A DNA stretch of 64,000 bases from assembly GCA_031459875.1 (NCBI GenBank), contig JAVKHQ010000005.1, forward strand, positions 32,001-96,000, read 5' to 3'. Positions 40,131-49,915 of this stretch are shown here, piece by piece; the first letter of the stretch is position 1, and each line of letters begins with the position of its first letter. This DNA comes from Candidatus Fervidifonticultor sextus. GTDB lineage: Bacteria > Sysuimicrobiota > Sysuimicrobiia > Sysuimicrobiales > Humicultoraceae. Under the pieces are notes generated by a model. That model worked only from the letters and a program-made list of their open reading frames with translations. It was not told the origin of the DNA and made no database searches. Position numbers and translations under genes: made by a program.

Positions 40131-40967
40131 ATGCGCGTGGGACTGGCGCAGTACGGATCGTCGGCCGACAAGGCCGCCAACCTGATCCAGGCAGCAGAAG
40201 TGGCCCGGGAGGCCGGCCGCCGGGGCGTGGACCTGCTCGTCTTCCACGAGGTCTACATGTACCGCCGGCCCCCGGAGGCGACGGTGCCGCCTGCGGAGGT
40301 CGCCGAGCCCCTGGACGGGCCGTTCATGCAGGGCGTGCGGCGCGCGGCGGCGGAGCACCGGCTCCACCTAGTCATGGGCCTGTTGGAACGGGCGCCGGGC
40401 GAATCCTACCGGGCGTACAACACCGCCGTCCTGGTCGCGCCTTCAGGCCAGGTGCTGGCCGTCTACCGCAAGGTGCACCTCTACGACGCCTTCGACGGCA
40501 GGGAGTCCGAATCGTTCGTGCCCGGCGACGCACCGCCGCCGGTCGCCGACACCCCGCTGGGCCGCATCGGATTGCAGATCTGTTACGATATCCGGTTCCC
40601 CGAGTGGTCGCGGCTGCTCGCGCTGCAGGGCGCCGAGTACCTGGTGGTGCCGACGCGGTGGGTACCCGGCCCGCTGAAGGAGGAGCACTGGCTCACGCTG
40701 GTGCGGGCCCGCGCCATCGAGAACACCTGCTGGGTGATCGCCGCTGCCGACGTCCCGCCGTATCGCCTGGGCCGGTCGGTGGTCGTGGATCCCATGGGGG
40801 TGGTGGTCGCCGACGGCGGGGAGGAGGCGGGGCTGGTGACGGTGGATGTGGATCCCGATCGGGTGCGGCGCGTCCGCGCGAAGAACCCGTCGCTGCTCTT
40901 CCGCCGCCCCGACCTCTATGGGGCGCTGGCGGAGAAGGGCGTGGCGGCGGCGAACCGTAGGGAGTAG
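40131..40967 (+). CDS. Carbon-nitrogen hydrolase (nitrilase superfamily)
   Basis: LVFHE, YRKVHLYD, ICYDIRFPE, RARAIEN (E-K-C triad). Confidence 0.93.
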   Translation: MRVGLAQYGSSADKAANLIQAAEVAREAGRRGVDLLVFHEVYMYRRPPEATVPPAEVAEPLDGPFMQGVRRAAAEHRLHLVMGLLERAPGESYRAYNTAVLVAPSGQVLAVYRKVHLYDAFDGRESESFVPGDAPPPVADTPLGRIGLQICYDIRFPEWSRLLALQGAEYLVVPTRWVPGPLKEEHWLTLVRARAIENTCWVIAAADVPPYRLGRSVVVDPMGVVVADGGEEAGLVTVDVDPDRVRRVRAKNPSLLFRRPDLYGALAEKGVAAANRRE

Positions 40968-41016
40968 GTTCGTCACGTTCCGGGGGGTGCGGAGCCGCAG
41001 AGAGTGGGGAGGCTGC

Positions 41017-42339
41017 ATGACCAAAGAGGAAGTCCTCCGTCAGGCCGATGCCCGCGGCGTCCGGTTCGTCCGCCTCCAGTTCACCGACATCCTGGGAACC
41101 CTCAAGAACGTCGAGATCCCGGTAGAACAACTGGAGAAGGCCTTGGATCGCGAGATCATGTTCGACGGCTCCTCCATCGAGGGGTTCGTGCGCATCGAAG
41201 AGTCGGACATGCTCCTGGTCCCCGACCCTGCGACGTTTGCCGTCTTTCCGTGGAAAGACCAGGAGGGCGTCACCGCGCGACTGATCTGCGACGTCTACAC
41301 GTCAGACGGTGAGCCGTTCCCCGGCGACCCGCGACACGTGTTGCGCCGGGCCATCGAGGCGGCGTCCGGACAGGGATTCGCGATGATGGCCGGGCCGGAG
41401 TGCGAGTTCTTTCTCTTCCCGACCGATGCGGCCGGGCAGCCGGTGCTGGCCACCCACGACCGGGCGGGGTACTTCGATCTGGCGCCCCTGGACAAGGGCG
41501 AGGAGGCCCGCGCCGACATGGTGACGGCGCTGACCGCCATGGGCTTCGAGGTGGAGGCGGGGCACCACGAGGTCGCCCACGGACAGCACGAAATCGACTT
41601 CAAGTACACCGACGTGCTGCGGACTGCCGACAACGTGGCCACCTTCCGGTTCGTCGTACGGACGATCGCCGGGCGCCACGGGCTGCACGCGACGTTCATG
41701 CCCAAGCCGATCGCCGGCATCAACGGATCGGGGATGCACACCCACCAGTCGCTGTACCGCGGCGGGCGCAATGCCTTCTACGATCCGGACGGCGCCTACC
41801 AGCTCAGTGCGACCTGCCTGCACTACGTCGGGGGCCTGCTGGAACACGCCCGCGGGATGGCGGCGGTCACCAACCCCCTGGTGAACTCCTACAAGCGGCT
41901 GGTGCCGGGCTACGAGGCTCCGATCTACATCGCCTGGGCGGAGCGCAACCGCTCGCCGCTGGTGCGGATCCCGGCGGCGCGGGGCGAGGCCACGCGGGTC
42001 GAACTGCGGATGCCGGACCCTTCCTGCAACCCCTATCTGGCGTTGGCGGTCATGCTGATGGCGGGGTTGGACGGGATCGCCCGGAGGCTGGATCCTGGTC
42101 CACCGCTCAACCGCAACATCTACGCGATGACCGAGGACGAACTTGAGCGGTTGCAGATCCGCGTTCTCCCCCGGAACCTGGACGAGGCCGTGCGCGAGAT
42201 GCTCGCCGACCCGCTGGTCTCTAGCGCGCTGGGGGACCACATCGTCGAGCACCTGACCCGCGCGAAACGGCTGGAGTGGCGGGAGTACCTCGCCCAGGTC
42301 CACGCATGGGAGGTGAACCGGTATCTGGCCACCTTCTAG
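41017..42339 (+). CDS. glnA: Glutamine synthetase type I
   Basis: FTDILG, FDGSSIEG, HHEVAHGQHEI, TFMPKP, NGSGMH, NSYKRLVPGYEAP, NPYLA. Confidence 0.96.
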   Translation: MTKEEVLRQADARGVRFVRLQFTDILGTLKNVEIPVEQLEKALDREIMFDGSSIEGFVRIEESDMLLVPDPATFAVFPWKDQEGVTARLICDVYTSDGEPFPGDPRHVLRRAIEAASGQGFAMMAGPECEFFLFPTDAAGQPVLATHDRAGYFDLAPLDKGEEARADMVTALTAMGFEVEAGHHEVAHGQHEIDFKYTDVLRTADNVATFRFVVRTIAGRHGLHATFMPKPIAGINGSGMHTHQSLYRGGRNAFYDPDGAYQLSATCLHYVGGLLEHARGMAAVTNPLVNSYKRLVPGYEAPIYIAWAERNRSPLVRIPAARGEATRVELRMPDPSCNPYLALAVMLMAGLDGIARRLDPGPPLNRNIYAMTEDELERLQIRVLPRNLDEAVREMLADPLVSSALGDHIVEHLTRAKRLEWREYLAQVHAWEVNRYLATF

Positions 42340-42368
42340 GCCAGACTCCCCGAGCGAGAGGTGACGGG

Positions 42369-42809
42369 ATGAGGCCGTCCTGGGACGAGTATTTCCTGCG
42401 GATCGCCCAACTGGCGTCCACGCGCTCGACCTGTCTGCGCCGGCACGTCGGCGCGGTGGTCGTCAAGGATCGCATGGTGTTGTCCACGGGGTACAACGAC
42501 ACGCCGCGCGGACTGCCCAACTGCGGCGACGGCGGCTGCGCGCGGTGCGCCAGCGACGCGCCCACCGGCGTCGGCCTGGACACCTGCCTGTGTCTCCATG
42601 CCGAACAGAATGCGATCATCCAGGCCGCCTATCACGGTGTCAGCATCAACGGCGCGAGCATCTACGTTACCCACCAGCCCTGTCTGACCTGCGCCAAGAT
42701 GATCCTCAACGCCGGAATCCGCCGGGTAGTCTTCGCCGGCGACTACCCCGACCCCACCGCGCGGGAGATGCTGGAGGCCGCGGGGGTTGAATTGGTGCGC
42801 ATGATGTGA
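42369..42809 (+). CDS. dCMP deaminase family protein
   Basis: RPSWDEYF, RSTCLRRHVGAV, TGYN, HAEQNAI, PCLTCAK. Confidence 0.93.
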   Translation: MRPSWDEYFLRIAQLASTRSTCLRRHVGAVVVKDRMVLSTGYNDTPRGLPNCGDGGCARCASDAPTGVGLDTCLCLHAEQNAIIQAAYHGVSINGASIYVTHQPCLTCAKMILNAGIRRVVFAGDYPDPTAREMLEAAGVELVRMM

Positions 42810-42844
42810 TAGGGTAGGCGTAGTCGACATAGTTGCGTGTTCGG

Positions 42845-42878
42845 ACGGGCGGTGTTGACTGCAGCACCGCCCGTTTCA
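42845..42878 (+). terminator. Hairpin after the deaminase gene (terminator or helicase leader element)
   Basis: ACGGGCGGTGTTG-ACTG-CAGCACCGCCCGT 13-bp stem with one G-U, followed by TTCATGTGT. Confidence 0.6.
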
Positions 42879-42988
42879 TGTGTCCGCAGCGTTCGTCCCT
42901 CATCCAGGGCCGGGTGAACCGGTGGGCACGCGCAGGATGCCGGCTCAATCCGGCCCGGTTTTCCCGGGTCCAGTAGGAGGAAGCGACA

Positions 42989-44122
42989 ATTTCCACCATC
43001 ACGCGCGAGACCGCGTTCGGCGGCCTCGCCCTGCGCCCGGAAACCGTCCGGGCCCTCTTTCGTCTGGGGTGGACCGAACCCACTCCGATTCAGGGGAAGG
43101 TCATCCCCAGGCTCCTGGCCGGAGCCGACGTGGCCGGCCAGGCCCAGACCGGGTCCGGCAAGACTGGAGCGTTTGCGATTCCCCTGGTCGAGCGCCTCGA
43201 CCGGGCGGCCCGGAGGATCCAGGCCCTGGTCCTGGCGCCGACCCGCGAACTGGCCCTGCAGATCGCCGGCGTCGTGCGCGACCTGGGCGGCCCCGCCGCG
43301 CGCGTGGCGACCCTCTACGGCGGCCAGCCCATCGAGCGCCAGTGCAGCGCCCTGCGCGGCGGCACACAGGTGGCGGTGGCCACGCCCGGCCGGCTGCTCG
43401 ACCACCTCAACCGGCGCACGATCCGACTCGACGCCGTCGCGTTCCTGGTCCTGGACGAGGCCGACCGGATGCTGGAGGCGGGCTTCCTGCCCGACGTCGA
43501 GGCGATCCTCCGTCACGTGCCGCGCGAGCGGCAGACGGCGCTGTTCTCAGCCACGCTGCCTCCGGCGGTCAGCGAGATCGCGACCCGGCACATGCGGAAT
43601 CCGGTCTGGATCCGGATTGCCGCGCCGACGCCGACCGTCCAGACCGTCACCCAGTATTACCTGGAGGTCGCCGAGCAGGACAAGGTCCGGGCGCTGCGGC
43701 TGCTGCTGACCAGCGGCGAGGTCCCCTCCGCCCTGGTGTTCCGGCGCACGCGGCGGGGCACCGACCGGCTGGCCAAGGTCCTCCGCGACCGCGGGATCCC
43801 CGTCGAGGTGCTCCACGGCGACATGACGCAGGGCGCACGGCTGCGGGCGCTGGAGGCGTTCGCCCGGGGGAAGGTCCGGGTGCTCATCGCCACCAACGTG
43901 GCCGCCCGGGGGCTCGACCTGCCCGATATCTCCCACGTCATCAACTTCGACATGCCTGAGGATGTTGAGACCTACATCCACCGGGTCGGCCGGACGGCCC
44001 GCATGGGTCGGGACGGGGAGGCGATCACCTTCGTGGGACAGTACGATGTGGAGACCTTCGACCTGATCCAGCGCCGGCTCGGGGGGGCGCTCCGACCGCA
44101 CCCGCTGCCGCTGTACCGGTAG
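42989..44122 (+). CDS. DEAD-box RNA helicase, probable AUU start
   Basis: Q motif (FGGLAL..GWTEPTPIQ), AQTGSGKT, PTRELA, TPGR, DEAD, SAT, ARGLD, HRVGRTAR; AGGAGG then in-frame ATT at 42989; in-frame TAG at 42974. Confidence 0.92.
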   Translation: MSTITRETAFGGLALRPETVRALFRLGWTEPTPIQGKVIPRLLAGADVAGQAQTGSGKTGAFAIPLVERLDRAARRIQALVLAPTRELALQIAGVVRDLGGPAARVATLYGGQPIERQCSALRGGTQVAVATPGRLLDHLNRRTIRLDAVAFLVLDEADRMLEAGFLPDVEAILRHVPRERQTALFSATLPPAVSEIATRHMRNPVWIRIAAPTPTVQTVTQYYLEVAEQDKVRALRLLLTSGEVPSALVFRRTRRGTDRLAKVLRDRGIPVEVLHGDMTQGARLRALEAFARGKVRVLIATNVAARGLDLPDISHVINFDMPEDVETYIHRVGRTARMGRDGEAITFVGQYDVETFDLIQRRLGGALRPHPLPLYR

Positions 44123-44138
44123 GCTCTGGGGGTCGATC

Positions 44139-44175
44139 GGGAAGGGGCGGTGCACCGTCCCTTCTCTTCTGTGCT
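44139..44175 (+). terminator. Intrinsic terminator after the helicase
   Basis: GGGAAGGGGCGG-TGCA-CCGTCCCTTCTC stem followed by a T-rich tail; between convergent genes. Confidence 0.7.
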
Positions 44176-44193
44176 TCTTTGGCCTTTGACCCG

Positions 44194-45192
44194 TTAGAAG
44201 ATCCGGCGCAGGAGAAACGCCACCAGCCCGCCGATCAGCGCGCAGGCCGGGAACGTGAGGATCCAGGCCGCCACGATCTCGAGCCCGACGCCCCACCGCA
44301 CCGCTGAGAACCGGCGTGTGGCGCCGACCCCCATGATCGCCGTATTGATGGTGTGAGTGGTGCTCACCGGGATGCCCAACCGGGTGGCCGTCTCGATGGC
44401 TGAAGCCGCGGCGGTCTCGGCGGCGAAGCCCTGGTAGGGCTCCAGTTTCGTCACCCGCATGCCCATGGTGTGGACGATCCGCCACCCGCCCAGCGCGGTG
44501 CCGACCCCCATGGTGGCCGCGCAGGTCAGGATGACCCACAGGGGGACCCGGAACTCCGGCAGGACCCCGCCCAGCACGAGGGTCAGGGTGAAGACGCCGA
44601 TGAACTTCTGGCCGTCGTTGCTCCCGTGGCTGAAGGCCATGAACGCGGCCGAGCAGATCTGCAGGCGGCCGAAGAGCCGGCGGGCCGCACCCAGTGATGT
44701 GCGCCTGAATGTCCACGAGATGGCCAGGAGCAGCAGGAACCCCCCTGCAAACCCCAGCACGCTGGAGAACCCCAGCCCGACCAGGACCTTCTGCCAGCCC
44801 TCCCACAGCAGCACGTCGGGACCGGCGGTGGCCAGCCCGGCCCCCGACAGGGCGGCGACGAGGGCGTGGCTCTCGCTGGTAGGCAGCCCGTGGAGCCACG
44901 CCAGGGTGCTCCACACCACGATGGCCAGCATCGCCGCCGCGATCGTGACCGGGTCGACGACCTCGGCCCGCACGATGCCCTTGCCGATGGTCGCCGCGAC
45001 CGCGGTCCCCGACATCGCCCCGAGCGCGTTCAACACCGTCGCCATCCCCACCGCCACCGACGGCGTGAGCACCCGCGTCGAGACCACGGTCGCGATCGCG
45101 TTGGGCGCATCCGTCCAGCCGTTGACGAACTCGGCCGCCAGGACCAGCAGGAGCACGGGGACCAGGCCGGCGGGGAAGACGGTCTCGCTCAC
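44194..45192 (-). CDS. pit: Inorganic phosphate transporter (PiT family)
   Basis: NGWTDAPNAIAT, PTSESHAL, HGSNDGQK, PVSTTH; GTG 45192 overlapping the DUF47 stop. Confidence 0.93.
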   Translation of the reverse strand: MSETVFPAGLVPVLLLVLAAEFVNGWTDAPNAIATVVSTRVLTPSVAVGMATVLNALGAMSGTAVAATIGKGIVRAEVVDPVTIAAAMLAIVVWSTLAWLHGLPTSESHALVAALSGAGLATAGPDVLLWEGWQKVLVGLGFSSVLGFAGGFLLLLAISWTFRRTSLGAARRLFGRLQICSAAFMAFSHGSNDGQKFIGVFTLTLVLGGVLPEFRVPLWVILTCAATMGVGTALGGWRIVHTMGMRVTKLEPYQGFAAETAAASAIETATRLGIPVSTTHTINTAIMGVGATRRFSAVRWGVGLEIVAAWILTFPACALIGGLVAFLLRRIF

Positions 45193-45806
45193 AGGTTCTT
45201 GGCCCGGATGCCCTGGAGCAGGTGTGCCACATGCTCGCACTGGTCGGTGGCCTCTTCCAGGGTCTCGTAGACTTCTTTCCACTTGATGACGTCGATGGGG
45301 TTCCCGACGTCGGTGAACAGGGTGGCGATGGCCTCGCGCTGCATGCGGTCGGCGAGGTTCTCCAGGCGATTGATCTCGCGGACTGTTCCTTCGATGCGTT
45401 CCAGGTGTCGGAGGTTCCCGATGGCCTCCGCCACGGCCTCGCACTGGCTGACGATGATGTGCGCCAGTTCCCTCGCCTCGGCCGTGGAATGGGGAATCCG
45501 GTAGACGGCCATGCGGGCCGACGAGGCTTCGATCCAGTCCACGACGTCGTCCAGTTGCTTGGCCAGCCCAAAAAGGTCCTCCCGATCCAGCGGAACGACG
45601 AAGGTTCGGTTGAGGCGGTCGATGATCGCGTGGGTGATCTCGTCCCCCCGGTCCTCCAGCCCTTTGATCGCCTGGGCCTGACGCTCGACGTCCCGGTAGT
45701 CGTCCAGCAGGCCCTTGAGCAGCCGCGCCGACTCCAGGACGTTGGCGGCGGACTGGTTGAACAGGTCGAAGAAGACTTCCTCGCGGGGCAGGAGCCGCAG
45801 CGCCAT
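45189..45806 (-). CDS. DUF47 / PhoU-like phosphate transport regulator
   Basis: LEDRGDEITH, FVVPLDRED, INRLENLAD, IKWKEVYETLEEATD; directly upstream of pit. Confidence 0.92.
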   Translation of the reverse strand: MALRLLPREEVFFDLFNQSAANVLESARLLKGLLDDYRDVERQAQAIKGLEDRGDEITHAIIDRLNRTFVVPLDREDLFGLAKQLDDVVDWIEASSARMAVYRIPHSTAEARELAHIIVSQCEAVAEAIGNLRHLERIEGTVREINRLENLADRMQREAIATLFTDVGNPIDVIKWKEVYETLEEATDQCEHVAHLLQGIRAKNL

Positions 45807-45943
45807 CGGAATCCCTCCAATCGTGAACTCGTGCCATACTTCGGCGGCGTTCCGTCACGGCCTCCATCACGCCCTCTGGCGTCGCTGGAGGCCCCTGCGG
45901 GCAGCAGACGTGCTATGCTCAGAGGCGGCATTGTGGAGGCACC

Positions 45944-46588
45944 GTGAAGACCCGCGAGGTCGCATTGACCGGCTTGATGGCGGCGCTGGTGCTGGTGATC
46001 ACCCGTGCCTTCGTCCTGCCCATCCCGCAGACCAAGGGGTTCTTCAACCTGGGCGAGGCCGGGGTGTACCTGGCGGCGGTGCTGTTCGGCCCCCGCGTCG
46101 GCGCCCTGGCCGGCGGCATCGGGTCGGCCCTGGCCGACCTCACGCTGGGCTACGCCCAGTACGCGCCCTTCACGCTGGTCATCAAGGGCATCGAAGGCGC
46201 GTTGGTGGGCACCATCGCCCGCGGCGCCCGGGCGGCCTGGGTCCCCGGGCTCGCCGTCGGCGCGGCTGCGGCGGTGTGGCTGTTCTCGATGGAGGCCTTT
46301 GCCATCCGGATCGCTGCCGCATGTCTGTTGGTCGCGGCTCTGGTCGGGCTGGCGCTGCTGGCCCGCAGGCCGGAGGGCCGGGCGCCCGCCCGCCTGGCCG
46401 GCATGATCAGCGGAGGGTTGGTCATGGTGGCGGGCTACTTCACCACGCAGGCCTATGTGCTGGGGCTGGGGGCGCCGGTCGCCCTGGTGGAGGTTCCCTA
46501 CAACCTGGTGCAGGTGGTGGTGGGGGTGGTGGCCGGCCTGGCAGCCGTGGCGACGGTTGAACGTGCCCTCCTTGCGCCGCCTCCGTAA
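45944..46588 (+). CDS. ECF transporter S component
   Basis: ALTGLMAAL, GFFNLGE, GGIGSALADL, APFTLVIKG, PYNLVQ; extended -10 TGCTATGCT at 45911. Confidence 0.85.
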   Translation: MKTREVALTGLMAALVLVITRAFVLPIPQTKGFFNLGEAGVYLAAVLFGPRVGALAGGIGSALADLTLGYAQYAPFTLVIKGIEGALVGTIARGARAAWVPGLAVGAAAAVWLFSMEAFAIRIAAACLLVAALVGLALLARRPEGRAPARLAGMISGGLVMVAGYFTTQAYVLGLGAPVALVEVPYNLVQVVVGVVAGLAAVATVERALLAPPP

Positions 46589-46612
46589 ACATCCGACCCT
46601 CGAGGAGTGGGT

Positions 46613-47014
46613 ATGCCCAGGGTTCTGTTCGTCTGAGCGCACAACACCGCCCGCTCGCAGATGGCGGAGGGGCTGTTCAACGCCCTGGCGCCGGCGGGCT
46701 GGGAGGCGCGGTCCGCGGGGACGGACCCACAAGGCGCCGTGCGACCCGAGGCCATCGAGGTCATGCGCGAGGTCGGCATCGACATCAGCCACCACCATCC
46801 GAAGGCCATCGCCGACGCCATGGCGCCCGACGTGCGGCTCGTCGTGGGGCTGTGCGCCGAGGAGGCCTGCCCGGTCGTTCCCGGCACGCGCAGCCTCCAC
46901 TGGCCGCTGCCGAACCCCTCGGGCCGGCCGATCGGTGTCTTTCGGGAAGTCCGCGACGACCTGGCGCACCGCATCCGTGCACTCATCCGGGAACTGACGG
47001 AGGAGGCCCCATGA
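46613..47014 (+). CDS. arsC: ArsC / LMW-PTP family arsenate reductase, probable selenoprotein (UGA at codon 8)
   Basis: SD GAGGAG, ATG 46613; MPRVLFV-[TGA]-AHNTARSQMAE = C-x5-R P-loop with UGA in place of Cys; SAGT, resolving pair CAEEAC. Confidence 0.82.
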
Positions 47015-47520
47015 CCGACCGTCTCGAGTCTGTGCTCGCCCGCGTGGAAGTGCCCCGCGGCAGCCGCAACAAGTACGAGGTTGACCCGGAGCGCGGCGCG
47101 ATCCGCCTCAACCGCGTCCTGTACTCGCCGCTGCACTACCCGGCCGACTACGGCTTTTTGGAGGACACGCTGGCCGAAGACGGCGACCACCTGGACGTCC
47201 TGATCTTCACCTACGAGCCGACCTTTCCGGGCTGTCTGGTGGACGTCCGCCCCATCGGCGTGCTGGACATGCGCGACGAGAAGGGCCACGACCAGAAGAT
47301 CCTCGCGGTGCCGGCGGGGGATCCGCGTTTTGATGGGGTGACCGACCTGGAGCACGTCCCTTCCCACTTCCTCAAGGAGGTCACGCACTTCTTCACGGTC
47401 TACAAGGAACTGGAACAGAAGCCCGTCGAGATTTACGGCTGGGCTGGCGCGCAGGAGGCGCGGCGGCTGGTGGGCGAGGCTGCTCGGCGATTCGCCGAGG
47501 CGGTGGAGGCCAGCCGATAA
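47011..47520 (+). CDS. ppa: Inorganic pyrophosphatase (family I)
   Basis: VEVPRGSRNKYE, YPADYGF, DGDHLDV, DEKGHDQK, HFFTVYKELE. Confidence 0.95.
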   Translation: MTDRLESVLARVEVPRGSRNKYEVDPERGAIRLNRVLYSPLHYPADYGFLEDTLAEDGDHLDVLIFTYEPTFPGCLVDVRPIGVLDMRDEKGHDQKILAVPAGDPRFDGVTDLEHVPSHFLKEVTHFFTVYKELEQKPVEIYGWAGAQEARRLVGEAARRFAEAVEASR

Positions 47521-47550
47521 GGGCGGCGGGCTGCGGCCTGCGGCGGCCCG

Positions 47551-48552
47551 CTAGAGCACCAGGCCCCGCGACGCGGCGAACGCCTCCACCTCGTCGCGCC
47601 GGGGCATCGCCGGCTGCGCCCCCATCCGGGTGACCGAGAGCGCCGCCGCGGCGTTGGCGAAGCGGACAGCCTCAGCCAGCGCCTTCCCCCCGGCCAGCGC
47701 CACAGCCAGCGCCCCGGCGAACGCGTCGCCGGCGGCCGTGGAATCCACGGCCTCGACCGGGATCCCGCCGACCCGTCCGCGCGTCTGGGGCGTGGCGAGG
47801 TAGGCGCCCCTGGCCCCGAGTTTGATGACGGCGGCTTTGGCCCCCCGCGCGAGCAGCCGGTCTGCGGCCTCGGCGGCCGACCGGTCATCGTCTGGCGTGA
47901 CGCCGGTCAGGAACTGTGCCTCCACCTCGTTAGGATTGATCACGGAGAGCAGCGGGTAGAGGTCGGCAGGGAGCGGTTGTGGTGGGGCCGGGTCGAGGAT
48001 CACCTGGCAGCCCGCGGCGTTGGCGAGTCGGACAGCCTGGCGGATCGCGTCCAGCGGGACTTCCAGTTGCACCAGCAGGACGCTCCCCGTCGCCACGACC
48101 CTCCGGGCGGCCAGGACATCGTCGGCGGACAGCCGCAGGTTGGCGCCCGGCGCGACGACGATGGTGTTGCGGCCCTGCGCGTCCACCGTGATGAAGGCCA
48201 CGCCGGTGGCCGCCTCCGGGTCCACCCTGACGTGGGCTACGTCGATTCCCTCCGAGGCCAGACCCTCGCGGAGCCTCGTCCCGAAGGCATCGCCGCCGAC
48301 GCATCCCACCATGGCGACCCGGGCGCCGAGCCGGGCGGCGGCCAGCGCCTGGTTGGCGCCCTTGCCGCCTTGGAACATGGCGAACTCGCCGCCGGAGATC
48401 GTCTCGCCGACCTCCGGCAGCCTGGGGGACCGGACGACCATGTCGATGTTGAGACTGCCGACGACCGCGATCGCGGGTTTGGGCGCAGGTGCGCCGTCGC
48501 GCCTGTGGGCGGATCCGGCGGCCCGCGGCGACGGCCGTCTACGCGCGCGCAT
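47551..48552 (-). CDS. rbsK: Ribokinase
   Basis: VVGSLNID, GGKGANQA, NEVEA, DSTAAGDAF; start uncertain. Confidence 0.92.
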   Translation of the reverse strand: MRARRRPSPRAAGSAHRRDGAPAPKPAIAVVGSLNIDMVVRSPRLPEVGETISGGEFAMFQGGKGANQALAAARLGARVAMVGCVGGDAFGTRLREGLASEGIDVAHVRVDPEAATGVAFITVDAQGRNTIVVAPGANLRLSADDVLAARRVVATGSVLLVQLEVPLDAIRQAVRLANAAGCQVILDPAPPQPLPADLYPLLSVINPNEVEAQFLTGVTPDDDRSAAEAADRLLARGAKAAVIKLGARGAYLATPQTRGRVGGIPVEAVDSTAAGDAFAGALAVALAGGKALAEAVRFANAAAALSVTRMGAQPAMPRRDEVEAFAASRGLVL

Positions 48553-48684
48553 GTCCGGGCAGTCTGCATAGGGTCATGGGGAGCAGTCTCCTCTCTGTCG
48601 GTGTGCTACGCCGCCGCGGGGAGGTCTCCTGGGCGTCCGGCGTCCCCCAGGGACCGTCGGGGGTGACCGCGAACTGACAGGCCC

Positions 48685-49323
48685 ATGGGCCGGTGGCGCG
48701 CGCTCGCCGCGTTCGATGTCGTCTTCCTGGCCCTGAGCCTGCTGGCGCCCGGGGCCGTGGGCACGCGGTGGTGGCGCCGGCAGGCCTCGTGGCGCTACCG
48801 GAGGCTCGCGCCCCACTACGACGCGAAGATCATCGCGCGGACCCCGGGATACCGCGCTCCCCTGGAGGCGGCCCTGGGGCGGTTGTCGCCTCCGTATGGG
48901 CGCATCCTCGACGTCGGCACGGGCACCGGCACCGTGGCCCTCGAAGTCGCGCGTCGTTTCCCCGGCTCGTGCGTGTGCGCGTGCGACGTCTCAGGGGAGA
49001 TGCTGCGCGTGGCCCGCCAGCGGGCGCAGGGGCTGGGCCTGCGGATCGCCTGGCAGCAGGCGAACGGGACGAGGCTGCCCTACCGGAATGCCAGCTTCGA
49101 CCTCGTCCTCCTGCAGAACGCGCCGCCGGCCTTCGCGGAGCTGGCCCGGGTACTGAAGCCCGGGGGGACCCTGGTCTTGTGTTTCACCAAGGGCGGCGGG
49201 CTCCCCGGGTTCCTCGAGCGCCGCCTGGTCCGACGGCTGGGAGCGCTGGGGATTCCGGTGGTGGAACTCCGCCGGGTCGCAAGCGGGCTCTACGTCCTCG
49301 CGCGCCGGTCGGCCGGTTCGTAA
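48685..49323 (+). CDS. Class I SAM-dependent methyltransferase
   Basis: ILDVGTGTG, LPYRNASFDLV, ELARVLKPGG. Confidence 0.88.
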   Translation: MGRWRALAAFDVVFLALSLLAPGAVGTRWWRRQASWRYRRLAPHYDAKIIARTPGYRAPLEAALGRLSPPYGRILDVGTGTGTVALEVARRFPGSCVCACDVSGEMLRVARQRAQGLGLRIAWQQANGTRLPYRNASFDLVLLQNAPPAFAELARVLKPGGTLVLCFTKGGGLPGFLERRLVRRLGALGIPVVELRRVASGLYVLARRSAGS

Positions 49324-49914
49324 CTATCGGCCCTCCAGGAGCGCTCGCGCGTCCGCCGCGAGGTCTGCGGCCAGAACGCCCCATGGATACGAGAACCGGA
49401 TCGTCCCGTGCCGGTCGATGAGGTAGATCGCCGTGGCATGGCCGATGCGGGCGTCCTCACCCGACCCGGCCGCCGCGTAGGGAGCGGGATAGACATTGAA
49501 CGCCCGGTAGAGACGCGCCAGGACCTCTCGCGCGCCGGTGAGGCCGACGAAGTCCGGGTGGAAGATCGAAACGTACCAGCGCAATCGCTCGGGCGTGTCG
49601 CGATCCGGATCAGTGGTGACGAAGAGCACGCGCACGTGCGCCGCGTCCACCCCGAGCAACGCCCGTGCCTGTCTGAGGGTGACCAGCGTGGTCGGGCATA
49701 CGTCGGGACAGAGCGTGTAGCCGAACGCGAGGAACACCACCATGCCTCGCAGCGCATCGAGCGAGAACGGGCGACGGTGACCATCGAGCAGGGTGACCGC
49801 TGCCGGGAGCGGTTCGCGGACCGGCAGCCCGCGGAAGGCCGGTGGGGCCGCCCGCAGGCAGGCCCCACCCAGCAACGTCAGGCCCACGAGCGCGCAGGCC
49901 CACACCCCGCGCAT
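49324..49914 (-). CDS. SCO family copper chaperone lipoprotein, copy 3 (more divergent)
   Basis: Lipobox LGGAC, FGYTLCPDVCP, DPDRDT, IGHA. Confidence 0.92.
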   Translation of the reverse strand: MRGVWACALVGLTLLGGACLRAAPPAFRGLPVREPLPAAVTLLDGHRRPFSLDALRGMVVFLAFGYTLCPDVCPTTLVTLRQARALLGVDAAHVRVLFVTTDPDRDTPERLRWYVSIFHPDFVGLTGAREVLARLYRAFNVYPAPYAAAGSGEDARIGHATAIYLIDRHGTIRFSYPWGVLAADLAADARALLEGR

Positions 49915-49915
49915 C

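Noticed and set aside
43547..46969. 1140-aa minus-strand ORF and many other long overlapping ORFs
   Set aside because: Shadow frames expected at high GC; they overlap well-supported genes and are Arg/Gly/Pro-rich with no motifs.
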